Shown here: positions 27,899 through 41,370 of the stretch, piece by piece
Layout: every line of letters begins with the position of its first letter
Position numbering within the stretch: position 1 is the first letter of the stretch
Assembly (NCBI GenBank): GCA_023213395.1
Contig: CM041465.1
Location: 78,685,741 to 78,749,740 of the forward strand
Direction: 5' to 3'
DNA length: 64,000 nucleotides
Origin: Cycas panzhihuaensis
Lineage: Eukaryota > Plantae > Cycadophyta
Program-made: the position numbers and the translations under genes
Notes under the pieces: generated by a model
What the model saw: the letters and a program-made list of their open reading frames with translations, nothing else
The model's database searches: none
What the model was told of the DNA's origin: nothing

Positions 27899-28451
27899 TG
27901 TGAAAAATGGCCTAATGGCCTTACAATCCCAAGATCTAGAAGCTAGGTTCACTCTAGTTCTAGAAAGCAAAAATGCTGGATAAGTATGAAACTATAAGAT
28001 GAAACATAAGGAAGATAAAGCATGAAAAGGAGGAGTAAGAAAAATGATACCAAAGATGAGGAGTTGGAATTGGTCCAACCTCCAAATGAATAACAGTTTG
28101 ATTAGCAAACTGGTAGCATAACAATACAACTCCAACTCTATATGAGAACAATGAGGAGAGGTCTCATTATATAGAGTGAAAGGAGAGACCTAAGGCATTG
28201 GATGTTTGACAAGTGTCAAACATCCAAGGTACATGCCTTGCATATAGGACAGGTGTCCTTTTAGGGCTCTCAAGTGAAAAAAAGTGCATGGGGGTCCATT
28301 TGACCCTTTAGTGACAATGTTGTGTCACTAGAAAAGAATGTGGGTGTGCACTTTATCACTTAAGTGATAAGTCAACCCTAAAGTACAAAAGTACAAATAT
28401 TACATGACAAATAAAGTACATAGTCTTAACATGTAAACATAAGGTTTAACA
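27899..28451 (-). repeat. 3' LTR of Copia D
   Basis: TGTGAAAAAT...TTTAACA. Confidence 0.96.
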
Positions 28452-31400
28452 CCCCCCCTTACTATTTACAATGTTAAGTCGGACCCCTAGACCATCTCTA
28501 AATTTTACAAATTTTTCTCTACCAAGTAGCTTGGCAAAGATATCTGTTGTCTGTTGTTTTGTTGGTCTATATTGAAGGTTGATCTCACCACTTTGCACAT
28601 GCTCTCTGATGAAGTGATAATGAACCTCAATATGTTTGGTCCTTGCATGAAAGACAGGATTCTTGGCCAGCTTGAGCACACTTTGATTGTCGTAATAAAT
28701 CCTGGTGGGATGATCCTGCTCAAGTCCAAGTTCCCCAAGAATCCGTCGTAGCCAGATAGCCTCATAAGCTACGCTGACTGCAACTTTGTACTCTGTTTCG
28801 GTGGAGAACAAGGTAACATTGGGTTGCTTCTTGCAACTCCATGAAACAACTCCTGAACCAAGGGTAAAACAGTATCCCGAGGTTGATCTCCTGCTATCCT
28901 AGCAACTCGCCTAATCGTAACTGAGAACCCTTCCAGAGTGAAGTTCTCATCATGTGCATACTCAAGGCCATGCTGCAATGTGCCTTTAATGTATTTGAGT
29001 ATGCGTTTAGCTGCATTCCAATGTTTCTGATTGGGTTGAGACATGTATCGAAAACAAATCCCAATTGCAAATGAAATATCCGGTCGAGTGTCGGTGAGAT
29101 AAATGAGGCTACCAATCAACTGTCGGTAAAGAGTGGGATCTGCAGGTTCAGCTTCCTCATTGAGAGTAAGCTTTGTTCCATTCTCCATGGGTGTAGGCGC
29201 TGGCTTACAGTCGTGCATCCTGAACCGTTGCAAAATGTCCCAAGAATACTTTGCTTGGGAGATGAAGATATAGCCTGGCTGTTGCCATACCTCAAAGCCT
29301 AAGAAATAATGGAGAAGTCCAAGATCTGTCATCTCAAAACTCCTCTTCAAGTCATCCTAGAGAATTTGTATCATCTTAGTGTCATTGCCAGTGATCACTA
29401 AGTCATCTACATACAAGACAATAAAAACAACATGGTTTTTTCCATCTTTGATGTATAAGTTAGGATTTGAAGTAGAACGATGAAAGCCATGTCTCAAGAA
29501 GTAATCATCGATCTTTGAGTACCATGCTCTTAGAGCTTGTTTCAAGCCATATAATGCCTTTTTGAGGCGACAAACTAAATGCTCTTTACCTTGTACCTTG
29601 TAACCGGGAGGTTTCTCCAAGTATACCTCCTCCTGAAGATCGCCATTAAGAAAGGCGCTTTTCACATCCATCTGAAAAACTGGCCATTTGCATTGAGCTG
29701 CTAAGGCTAAGATGAGTTTGATGGTATTCATGTTAGCCACTGGTGCAAAATTCTCCTCGCAGTCTATGCCTTCCTTTTGTTTGAATCCTTTTGCCACAAG
29801 GCGGGCCTTCTGCCGCTTAAGTGTACCATCAGAATGGAATTTGGTCTTGTAGACCCATTTGTAGTTGATTGCCTGTTTGTGTTTAGGCAATTCGACCAAA
29901 TCCCCAGTTCCATTCTTTTTAATAGAATGGATTTCTTCATCCATGGCAGCCTTCCAATTCTCACTTTTAGAAGCCTCCTCAATTGAGAGGGAAGGAAAGC
30001 CTCAACAATCTTTTTGCCTTTGTCAATGGGGGGTTGCATGGATGCTGTTTGCAACTCCTTATGATCGTCTTCAACAAAGATTACATCTCTTGAGAGATGC
30101 ATTTTCTTTCCAATGGGATCATACAACTTGTAGGCTTTGTATGAATTGCATAACCTACAAAGATGCATTTTAGACTATGCTTGTCTAATTTTGTTCTTTG
30201 TTGATCGGGGATGTGCATATAAGCAGTACACCCAAAAGTCCTCAAATGGCTGACAGTTGACTTTTTGCCAGACCATGCCTCCTCTGGTGTGATGTTGGTG
30301 ACTATTGTTGTTGGACTTCGATTTGCTACATAGGCAGCTGTGTGGAATGCCTCTGCCCAGTAAACTTGAGTGAGTCCTTTTACATGCATCATTGCTTTGG
30401 CTTTGTTAGCCAAAGTTCTATTCACTCTTTCGAAGACTCCATTTTGTTGAGGAGTGTGAGGAATAGTAAGCTGTCTCTGAATGCCATTATCCTTGCAGAA
30501 TTGGGTGAATTTGTTTGAAGTAAATTCACCTCCATTGTCTGTCCTTAGTGTTTTGATGGATTGGCGGACTGCTTCTCCACTTCAAGCTTGAATTCTTTGA
30601 ACTTTGAAAATGCTTCAGACTTATGCTTGATGAAGTAAACCCAAACTTTATGAGAGAAGTCGTCAATGAAGGAGATGTAGTACAAAGCTCCACCAAAGGA
30701 TGCGGTGGACATAGGTCGATACAAATCTGAGTGTACCAGCTACAAAGGATATGATGCATGTCAAGCTTTGCCTTTAGGGAAAGGCAAGCAATGTTGTGTC
30801 CCCATTATGCATGTTTCAGAAAGACATTTTGTGCCATATATCTTCGGAAGCCCATGTACTATGTTTTTGTTCACCATCTGCCTGAGATTGTCTAAGCTCA
30901 AATGGCCTAGACGTTGATGCCAAAGTTGCATCTTGGACAAGGTTTGAGTGACAATGGAACCAGAGTAAGCAGAATCAAGTGTTATGTTATTAGCATCCAA
31001 TTTGTAGAGGCCATGATCCTCATATCCAACAGCTACTACTTGGTCATCTTTGTCACTTATTACACATTTCCCATTTTTGAATAAAATGCTCATCTGTTGC
31101 TTGTCCAATTTGCTAACAGATAGCAAGCTCTTGTCCATGGAAGGTATAAAGTAGGCATTGCCATTGGGAAATGAAGAGGAAGGATTAGAACAAGAACGAA
31201 ATGGAGCTATTGTGCCTATGCCAGAAATCTTGACAGATTGATTGTTGCCGAAGGTCACTGATTGACCTTTTCCTTCCTTGATGTCGCAAATGAGTTCTTC
31301 ACTCCCAGTCATGTGTTGAGTAGCTCCAGAGTCAATGATCCAAGTTTGATCAACCTTGGATGAATGATAAGCACAAAACAGTTTGTCCTCATCTCAGAAT

Positions 31401-32384
31401 CGATTGTAGTGGCATTGATTGCCACCTCTAAACCCCCCCCCTTCCTCTTTGACCTCCTCGATAGGCACCTCGATTTGGTCGAGGGGGTTGCTACTGCTGT
31501 TGTTGCTGAAATCTTTGTTGGAATTATTACTGTGGCTACTGCTATCTCTGACTTTGTTGACGTGGCTGTTGCTGCTGTTGTCGTAGATCTGCTTGCTTCT
31601 TCCTACAATCAGGTGCTATGCAGCCAGCTTTGCCACAATAATGACAAATAACATTGGTCTTTGAAGAACCAATGTTCATGTTCCCAAACTGCTTTGAAAG
31701 TGCAGGTTTGGGATTCTGCTTGGCCTTTGATTTGGCCGTGAATGCACCTGATGTAGACGGTTTGTTCTCATTATCCTTGGTGTAAATTTTCTCCTCTTGA
31801 AGCAACAAGCTTTCAAGTTCATTAAATGACATTCGTTTGAGTGAACCATCTCGTGTAGTGGAAGAAATAAAGCCATTGTAGTCCTTAGGCAAAGCTTTGG
31901 TAATTGATGTTATAAGCTCATCTCTAGTGGTAGGACTACCTAATGTATTCAATTCATTATATACCTCCTTGATGGAGGAAAGGAAAGCCGACATAGGCTT
32001 AACAAATTTTACAGAATACAACTTGGCTTTTACCATCAATATGCGAGCTTCATCTCGCCTTTCATACAAAGAGGACAAAATGACCCATGCTTCCTTGGAA
32101 ATTTTTGCACACACTATATTTTGATCTACATGAACATCAACAATCATATTTAGGAATGCCAAAGCGATTTCATCTTTGGCTTCCCAAGCAGCAACAAGAG
32201 CATCATCAGGTTGAATAGTTACATCACCATTGATAATAGGTATAGGTTGGGGTATCCTTCCAGAAACATAACCCCAAAATTCATTCATTATCAAAAGATT
32301 TTGAGTAATCATTTTCCATTCTTGATAGTTGTCTTGTCCTGTTAAACTGATGGTGCATGCATTAAGCATGTTAATTGCAGCCAT
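28446..32384 (-). pseudogene. Copia D gag-pol polyprotein (few lesions)
   Basis: Gag with degenerate knuckle CHYCGKAGCIAPDC; WIIDSGATQHMTG; LWHQRLGH; [11 protein letters not shown]; [10 protein letters not shown]; KHIEVHYHFIRE; split by frameshifts and stops. Confidence 0.96.
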
Positions 32385-34716
32385 GTTTCAGTTGCAAGGC
32401 TTGAAGCTAGCAGATAACTTGGAAACTCAAAGCTTTCGTCGCTTAAGTTCCACTTTCTAACGAAACCAACAGTTCTGATCTTACTAGAAGATCCAACAAC
32501 TGAATGGAATGATGAGGGGTGGAGGACTAGGCTATGGAGTTGGTCCAACCCTGATCTATAGAGGAGATCCAACAGTTGGCCAAGTTAAATCTAGGACAAG
32601 GCAGGTAGGGTTGATCTGCATGGACGTACCATGCTTTCCCTGGGATTCACAAACAATAACACCCTTTTCGAACCTCCTTTCCTCAAGCAACCTTAATTGT
32701 CGCAATCGACAAGATGGTCAGTTGGTCCCCTAGGGAATGCACCAAGCTTAAGGTTATTTCAGAGGCAAGGTTTGAACTTTTTTGGGCCTCTCCAACAAGA
32801 TTTTTAAAGTCACTTTTTAGAAGGTTAAAGTGAACTTTAAGATTTATTTTACTTGGATGATGTACTTATGAAAGTGCTTGATTAAGATTACAATGAAAGA
32901 GGCTTAAAAAATAAGCAATCTAGTATATCAAATGAACATTTAAAGTGTTGTTTACAATGAACACTTAATGAGGTGAGAGTGCTATGCAAATCCAAGTAAA
33001 CAAAAAAGATGCTTGAGTACAATGAGTTTTGCAAAAATAAGTACTTGAAAAGATGCTAAGTACTCAAAGAAGCAAAGCAAAACCTTGTGATGAAAATACA
33101 AGTGGGTTCCTTTTAATGCTCAAGAGTGAAGAGAAGAAGACCACTTGCCAAATAAGGACACCAAGCACCAAGTGTTGGGACTTTAAAATAGTCCCAACGA
33201 TAAAAAAATGAAGTGATTTTATTAAGTAAGAAGCATTCTTGAGCCCTTTTTGTGACTAAGGGCAATAGGTCACCATGCAAGGTGCCTTAAAAAAGAGTGT
33301 TGAAACAGTAATAAATATCACTTTTGACAAAGTATCAACACTTAAAATCACTTTCAACAATACTTTTTATCACTTATAAACATGGAATAATTGTAAAATA
33401 AAGCTTGAAATGCCTAAAAACAAAGGTTGAAATTTAAATTTTTTGCAACTTTGAGCAATAAGGACACCATGCAGGGAGCCTTTGAAAATGCTTTAAAATA
33501 AGTATTTTTAATCTTCAAAGAAGTGAGATTGACTTAGTATTAGTGATTTAATGAGATCACTAAGTACTAAGAAGATTTTTAGCTCCAAAAGTACAAAAAA
33601 AAAGATTTTTCCCTTAAGAAAATTTAAACCAAAGGTCACCATGCAAGGTGCCTTGACTAAGAAAAATAGTTTAATAAGAGGAAAATATCACTTTTAATAT
33701 AGAAAGTCACTAAAGTACCTTGGTTTAGTCTCTCTCTTACTAAAATGGAGTCAATATGATTAAAAAACTGAGAGAAATACTAAGGTAACCTTGAGGTTGG
33801 CTTAAAAAGGTGTTTTTTTCAATACTTTTAAGTGAATTAAAGGCACTTAGTATAAACTTTAGACCAAAAAGAGTTTATATAAAAAGGAATATATTAAGGA
33901 TATCCAATGTTTATAACCTAATGTTAAAAGGTAAATGTTAACAAAACGAAATTTTCGAAAAAAAATGGTCGACGGAGGAGCCGCCGCCGTTTGTGCGGCT
34001 GCGGAGACGAATAGGTGGTTCGACCTCCCTGTATACTCAGTGGAATCGACCGAAACTTTAGAGGCAGGTCTTCATTAGTCCAACGGAGGTGCATCTCAAA
34101 TATGAAGTGTTTTGACTGAGTCTGCAATGAGAACGAAGCAGGAGAGCTAAAACAGAGGGCGCACAAGCCAGTGAGAGAAAATGACAGCCGTACGACTATC
34201 TAGGGTCTGAAACCCTTCAACAATGCACCAAAAAACTTCTTTGAGGTTTGATACACCTGCATGCGAGTCAGTACGTGGACAGCTAGTCTGATTTAAGAGA
34301 AAAGAATAGAGAAACCTCAATTTCTTAAGTAGAAATCACTGAAAACAGTGATAAATCATCCCATCTTTGTTAGAGAAATGTAGAATATCAGATACAGATT
34401 AGAGACAATTGAATAAGACAGATCTGCCCCATTTTTTTGCAAAATAAATTTTTCTTAAAGAAAAATTAAGGAAAAAGCACTGTTTTTTAAGAAAACAGTG
34501 TTGCACCCTTGATAGAGATCTAAAAAAAAAAATTAGATCTGAAAGTAGCCTTGCTCCAGCTTTTAGTACTGCTCCAGAAGCTTGAACCTGCAAGAAATAG
34601 GTCTCAACAAACCTTGGATCGCCTTCGGAGGGCGAAGGTCGTCACCAAGGGTTTGTAACCCTTCTTTGAATCTCCTTGAGTAGAAAAATCAGAACAAAGG
34701 GAACTAGTCTCCTCTA

Positions 34717-34728
34717 GCTCTAATACCA
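34717..34728 (-). promoter_or_regulatory. PBS (tRNA-iMet, one mismatch) of Copia D
   Basis: Reverse complement is TGGTATTAGAGC, 2 nt from the LTR. Confidence 0.9.
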
Positions 34729-34730
34729 AA

Positions 34731-35283
34731 TTTGAAAAATGGACTAATGGCCTTACAATCCCAAGATCTAGAAGGTAGGTTCACTCTAGTTCTAGAAAGC
34801 AAAAATGCTAAACAAGTATGAAACTATAAGATGAAACATAAGCAAGATAAAGCATGAAAAGAAGGAGCAAGAAAAATGATACCAAAGATGAGGAGTTGGA
34901 ATTGGTCCAACCTCCAAATGAATAACAGTTTGATTAGCAAATTGGCAGCATAACAATACAACTCCAACTCTATATGAGAACAATGAGGAGAGGTCTCATT
35001 ATATAGAGTGGAAGGAGAGACCTAAGGCATTGGATGTTTGACAAGTGTCAAACACCCAAGGTACATGCTTTGCATGTAAGACATGTGTCCTTTTAGGGCT
35101 CTCAAGTGAGCAAAAGTGCATGGGGGTCCATTTGACCCTTTAGTGACAATGTTGTGTCACTAGAAAAAAATGTGGGTGTGCACTTTATCACTTAAGTGAT
35201 AAGTCACCCCTAAAGTACAAAAGTACAAATATTACATGACAAATAAAGTACATAGTCTTAACATGTAAACATAAGGTTTAACA
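34731..35283 (-). repeat. 5' LTR of Copia D
   Basis: TTTGAAAAAT...TTTAACA, followed by CTAAA. Confidence 0.96.
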
Positions 35284-35288
35284 CTAAA

Positions 35289-37640
35289 GACTTGGATGAG
35301 GGACCACCATTGAGGGGTTTGGTTATGGTAGAGACTTTAGTTGCTTCCACCATGTTAATGGTCTTTTTAGGCTCCTTGCCCCTACGAGGTGGTTTATTTT
35401 CAAAGCTTGTTTTTTTAATGTCACATTTGGGTGATGGGGAATGTTTCTTTTTGGACTTAGAATCTGAATCCTCATCTTCACTATCATCCTTGGGTTTGGC
35501 TGTCCTTATTGTCGAGAGGCTTCTTACTATGGTCAGGTAAGGGATCCTTGTAGATCGATTGATCTTGATTTGGCCATGAGATAGGTTTGTCATTAGCTTA
35601 ACCATTGCAAGCAAGCACCTTAATCTTGTAATAGTCATCTTGATCATGCTAATCGGTCCTATGGTAGGGACACTAAGGTGTCTATTTAGAGGGTTGACTA
35701 TTGGAATCTTGATCTTTCTTTTGCTCAGCATAATGGACAACTTTTGTTTCTTTTTCAACTTTAGGAGTAGGAGATGAATAAATACAAAAATTGGTGTTGA
35801 TAAACCTCTCCAAGGGCCAAATAGTAGATGTAAGGTGATCTTAAGTATGATCACCTTGGGAAGGTTTTGACTCTTGGGTAGAGTTAGATTTGTCTCTAAC
35901 TATTGGGGGCTTATACAATTTCTTAACCCCGGCTTGAATCTCAAATGCTTCAAAAGCTAATCATTTTTCAATGGCTTTATCGTAGGAAGTGGGACCTAAT
36001 TTGAGAACCTCAAGATGGACCTAAGGCCTCAGGAATTAGTGTAGACATTGAAAAGCAAGTCATTGTTTAAAGGGTCCTAATAAGCATGGACTAGGTCCTA
36101 GAATTGACGAACGAAGTCTCTAGATAACCCATCATCATCCTGTTTGACCAGAAGGAGGTCTTAGTGCCAATCTCGAATGGTTGGGCTACATCAAAATATC
36201 TTGTAAAAGTATTAACCAATTGTTGGAATGTGAAGATCAAAGCTAGCTGAATCACGTAAAACCACTTTAGGGCATCACCCTAAAGGGTCTTAGGGAGCAA
36301 ACACATCATAACATGGTCATAATGGAGGTAGTTGACACAGGAAGGAGTAAATGCTTGAACATGCCTTCCCAGTCTTAAGTAGATTCCCCTATAAACTTAG
36401 GCAACTTTGGGATGAAAGGAGGTAGAGAATATAGGAGAACCTCTTGTGGAAAGGGGTTCCTATTGTAGTCTACATAAGACCTCCCTACCCTTAGTGCAAG
36501 AGTTGCCTGAAGCACAGTTTTGGGAGGAGTGGGATTCTCAGGTGCTTGACCATAAGTATGATGCCCAATGTGAAAAGTAGGTTATTGCCCTAGAAACCTA
36601 GGGTTAGGCCATGTGGTGGAATATGTAGGATTTTCCCCTTAAGGGAGGAGGTCCCCTAGATGTAGAGGAGTAGAAGAAGTGTATGATCTAGGACCAACAA
36701 GTTAGGTTGGATAGCCCTGCTGAGTAGGAGTGCATATTGTACCATAGGAGAGTATGTGAGTTTGCCATGACTAGGTGGCCTGTGTGTAGGGGGCCTAGTA
36801 GCTCATGCTATGAGTGAAGAATGGACATTGATAGGTAGTAGGTTCTTGATGATCATAGGTAGGATAAACAAGTGTCAATCAAGTAGGAAGTGGTCACATG
36901 GAGGTGATTTATGATTGAGGAATATGTAAAGGGGTTATCCCAAGTAGGGTAGAACATCCCAATTGATTGACCAATATTTACTAGTGGTGGAAGAGGAGTA
37001 TATATGCAAGAGTGAGAAGCCACTAGTCTAGTATAATGGTGAGAAGATAAAGGCCCTCATTGAGGGCCTAGGTGAGGTGCCTCTAGTGGGGTGGGGATTG
37101 GTACACAAAAGTAGACTCCGTGTGATAAGCCTAGATATAATTGACAGGATTAACACCTATAGAATATGTATATGTAGGAGGTATATGTCCCCTAGATCCT
37201 ACTTAAGGATGTGTGAGTAGGCATGAGTTGGATCAACTAAGTGAGTAGCCTACTCATAAGGATGTAAGAAGTGTGGTGGGGAAATGGATATAGTTTCTCC
37301 ATGATTAGCCTAAAAGCCAGAGTCTTGGTAGTCCACTAAGGGACCATGAGATGTAGACCCATCAATCAAGGAAATATTATCAACCACGTCATTTTGTTCT
37401 TCATTAAATAACTTATAAGGACTAAGACTAACTAGGTCTCCAAATGGATCCACAGTTGTATCCCGTTGGATAGGCGGAACAATGTCATACTCTGTAATAC
37501 TAGTCTCACAACCTTTTGAGAAACTAAAAGCGGGCACCTGACAACATGTAGAAGAACCCTCAAGTGGAAGGCCCTAGATCCTTCTAGACTATCTAGGTTG
37601 TGGGATGGGGGGAATATCCATTGGGAAAATGAAACAAATG
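35289..37640 (-). pseudogene. Gypsy C gag (Pro-rich N-terminus and retrotransposon Gag core), disrupted
   Basis: PFIPKLPKF, CLLPKTL*GDALKWF, TFQQLVNTF motifs at ~36200-36420. Confidence 0.75.
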
Positions 37641-37751
37641 AAGGATGGGATGTGGAGGTATCACCTCAGTAATAAGAAAAGAATATAGATGTGTCAAAGT
37701 AACCTCAAGTAGTATGGATAGATGAATATGCAACTAGGAAGTTTTGGCAAC

Positions 37752-37769
37752 TCCCCAGTATGGTCATTA
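37752..37769 (-). promoter_or_regulatory. Degenerate PBS of C (tRNA-Arg type, as in Tat/Ogre)
   Basis: Reverse complement is TAATGACCATACTGGGGA, resembling TGGCGAC(T/C)..ACTGGGGA. Confidence 0.65.
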
Positions 37770-37773
37770 GAAA

Positions 37774-40052
37774 TGGTAACATAGCTAGGATAGGTCCTCA
37801 ATACCTCAAAGGAGAGGAAGAAATAACTCGACACGTACCTCTCAAGTCCCTCTTGAATAGAAAGGAGATGACTTCTTATGTGTGTGTGAAGAAGTGAATT
37901 TTAACTAACCACTAGCTAACAAATGAACAAAAGGCAATGACCAAAAGAAAACATAGAGAAACAAAGAGCAAACAATCCCTAGTTATTTCTCCTTGGGGAG
38001 ATAAACAACCAACAAGAGCTCCCAAGAATCAGGAGAGCCATTGGGACTATTGCCCCAAATGAAGACACCCTTGGGCTTCCTAGACTCCATCCACCCCAAC
38101 CCCCTATAAGAACCTAGCCCTCTACCCAAAATAAAGGTAAAAGAACTATGTCGTGTTATCTTTAGAATGGGAGGATTAACGAGAGAAGAGGTTGGAAGGA
38201 GATAGGACTATAAGATATATATATTCATGGATAGGTCAATGGGGAATCGTGCTTGTCAGTAACAATCCACCCTCATGGTTGTGGAAGGTCTAGAGTTGTC
38301 CGTTTCCTTCTTCTACTAGCCTCATCAACTCCCAAAGGTGAAAAATATAAGAAGACACTACTCTCAATCCAAAATATGGTAGTAGACTCTCTCAACCACA
38401 AGTGATCAATATAGTCACTTGTCACCTTTGGCATTCAAAGCATAGTAGGAGATTAATAACAAGAGAAATTAATCTCAAAAAAGGATGAGTTTGTATGTCA
38501 GGGGCAACATTTCTTGATCAATCAAAAAAACTTTCACAACGAGAAGTAAAAGGAGGGTGAGTTTGTATGCCAAGGGTCTCAATTCCTAGTCGATCAAAAT
38601 CTTCATCACTTAAGGGAACAAGACCTGGCCTAGGGGAAAAACAAACAAGAAGCCTCTAAATGCAGGCTAGATACACACTTTAAGATTTCATGCAACTAGG
38701 ACATAACCTATATTATGCAAACATGCCAAACAAGGAATGCACACTAGCTTAATACACTTAAATGCACACTATATGTCTATATTCTTTTCCCCTTTTACTT
38801 CCTTTTTTGTTTGTTAAAATAAATGTACATAATATCTACCCTAATGCACACACAAAAGAAGGTAAATATGAGTTCTTTCATTGCACTTACTCTTATCCTA
38901 GTTGCAAAATGTATATGGGTTCCTTAGCTTACACACTTCTTCCTCTTTGTTTTTACAAAATAGATGCCCTATTTATAGTAAAATGAGAGATATGGGGCTA
39001 GGATGAAGCCATGGTAAGATGGCCCATGGTTTTGCAAAAAGTTTACAACAAAAAGGTGAGAAAAATCTGAAATGGCTTCATTCTTATTGTTTTGCGCCCA
39101 TTATAGTGAAAAATGTGATGATCAATGAAAAACAAAATTTCAATAAAACTGAAAATGTGACAATCAGAATAAAATGCAATAAGTGATAAGATTGCATTTT
39201 TTATGGTTGCACAAAATTATGAAAAATGAGATAAGTCCATGAAAAATGCAACAAATAATTGGAAAACACAATTTGACATATTTTGTTTGTTACAATTGTT
39301 ATGAAAAATGTGATAAATTTCTCAAAAATGCATCAAATTCTACAAAAATGCAATAATTTTTTTAAAAATGTAACAAATTTTGCAAAAATATGATAAATTC
39401 GAAGAAAAATATGACAAATTCTACAAAAAGCTAACATCATAAAAACCTTTATAACTTTCGCATACGACATCAGAATTTAGTGTTGTCTATTGCATTGGAA
39501 AGCTAATTCATGAGGCTTCGCAATGGTGGAAACAAATCACAATTTAAAGACATAATAAAATTTGGGGATGAAGAGAAAGTTAAGACAATCATGAAGTAGA
39601 GGTCATATTTTTCACTGACACATGTTTTGTGGAAACCTTCATAACTTTCTCATATTACATCAAAATTTAATGTCATATTTATTGAGTTGGAAAGCTAATT
39701 CATGTGGGTTCAAAATGGTGGAAATAAATTGCATTTTAAGGACATAATATAATTTGGGTATGAAGAGGAAGTTGAGACAATCATAAAGCAACAAACCCAG
39801 TCATCTACGTTATGAAATCACGTAATCTTAGAGAAATCTCTTGGAGTGAACTTGGAGGAATTTTATAATTTTACACACAATGATCTATCATCATAGGCAA
39901 TAAAAAAGGACCACACTAGCACAAAAAACATCCAACAAAACAACGCCACCATCATGTAAACAATGAAAATCACACTGTCATCAATGAACACTAGATAGTA
40001 GGGTAAAGAATCAAACCTAACCATGCCAAAAGGGGCGGAGAATGGTGAAATA
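37774..40052 (-). repeat. 5' LTR of Gypsy C (~2.3 kb, lacks an internal segment)
   Basis: Collinear with the 3' LTR but lacks the segment equivalent to ~17792-18950. Confidence 0.88.
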
Positions 40053-40125
40053 GAGACCATTAAAATGAGTCTTTATAGAGGAGGTTGGTCAAGGGGGCGA
40101 TAAGGGAAGCGTATGTAAGGACTTG
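40053..40125 (-). pseudogene. Continuation of Gypsy B RT C-terminus
   Basis: YASLIAPLTNLLYKDSF*WS joins in frame with the sequence left of C; truncated beyond ~40125. Confidence 0.8.
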
Positions 40126-40859
40126 GTTCCTTAGCCTTCCTTGGTCATGTTATATCCCTAGTAAACATGTAAAATATATCTTTCTTTCTTAGTATTGTTC
40201 ATCCCATATGAGGTGGATACTTGATTCATTCTTTACCAGGTGTAGGGATGCACCATTTTGGTCTTATAGTTTAACAAGTATTTCTATGTAAAGATTGTAA
40301 TCCATTCAAACTTCAATTGTTCAACAGCTTAATCAATGTAAAATCACTCTTTGTTTGTTCCTTGCATAACACAAAAATAGCTATATTACTTAGATGGGCA
40401 ATGCAAAAAGAGGAGAACATGATATGAACGAGGGAATAAGAGGGAAAAAAACTAGTGTAATGGTAGGTGCTAGATTCAGAGACTTTCATGACTAGTTTGG
40501 GTGGAAGACTCAATTGTCCATTATACATTTTGCAAGGATTAATTCACCATGTTAAAAGGGAGGCTTTTAGCTTTCCATTGAGTGGTGAAAGTCCAAAAAC
40601 AAAAAGGTTATGTAAAATTAAAGTTGGAGGGTCAAAATTCCAATGTTGCAAATGTTGAAAAACTCAATGAGTTGGTATGTTTGAAAGGGAGAAAGGCCAG
40701 CTTAAATTGTTTTCTATCCTTTGAAAATCATCCCATAGTGAAGAGCATCCTTTAAGCTTTCCAATGACTGGTGAAACTCTAGAAACAAATGTCTGAGAGA
40801 GAAGTTATGAGCATTTGAATTGGACCCTCAAGTTGGGTTTTTTTAAAAGAAACATTTCG

Positions 40860-41370
40860 CATTTTTGTAGTCGGGTCATTGAGTGTGGACTCTTGTAGGT
40901 TGAAATACAAAGTTGCAAAACAAGGGTCGCAAGAGGAGAACCTTTTGCACTTTTGTACATGAGTCATTGAATGAAATCCAACAAATGGCAAGTTGTGAAG
41001 TTGCAAAAATAAAGGTCACGAGCAAAAAGCTCCTTGCAATTTCATAAGTGGGTTGTCGAGTATGAATATGTGATGATTGAGTTGCAAGGTAAAGTCATGA
41101 ATAAAGACCTTTTCACACTTCAAATATAGGCTTACAATGTCTAGGTTTTGAAGTTACGAAACAAAAGGATGGCAAGTTAAGGCAAGCATTTTGCAATTTT
41201 GCAAATGAGCTACTAAGTGAAAAATACATGTGTATGATTTTGAAGACACGAAATAAAAAGGCACGAACAAAGAACCTCTTTTCACCCTTCTGCAAATGAA
41301 CCATTGATATCAAACTTATGTGAATAAAATTGTGAAATTACGAAACAAATGATTTTGTAAGGGAGAAGCC
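40860..41370. repeat. Degenerate ~80-90-bp tandem array (~6 units) in an unassigned LTR-like segment
   Basis: Recurrent GAAGTT(G/A)C(A/G)AAA..AAAGGTCACGA..C..TT(G/T)CA core. Confidence 0.6.

Larger units (their letters stand above)
27899..35283 (-). mobile_element. Ty1/Copia LTR retrotransposon D, full length, nested in the gag of C
   Basis: 553-bp LTRs 27899-28451 and 34731-35283 (about 21 substitutions by manual count); perfect TSD CTAAA (27894-27898, 35284-35288); PBS TGGTATTAGAGC; G-run PPT 28452-28460. Confidence 0.97.
16635..40052 (-). mobile_element. Ty3/Gypsy Tat-clade element C (TatII-type domain order), inserted in B and hosting D
   Basis: LTRs 16635-20112 and 37774-40052; degenerate TSD GGAAC/GAGAC; removing C restores B's frame (*WSHIASEAFSHLK); PBS resembling tRNA-Arg; PPT AAGAGGGCAAA. 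Confidence 0.9.

Noticed and set aside
33150-33660. Short conserved repeats with unique spacers, superficially CRISPR-like
   Set aside because: Spacers are 150-170 bp, there are only about three copies, no cas genes, and the context is a eukaryotic retrotransposon leader.
35258-35854. 198-aa ORF as an independent gene
   Set aside because: Frameshifted piece of C gag running into the D LTR.
39451-39470. loxP-like ATAACTTTCGCATACGA
   Set aside because: No 13-8-13 inverted arrangement and no recombinase; not a lox site. Treated as part of the shared module.
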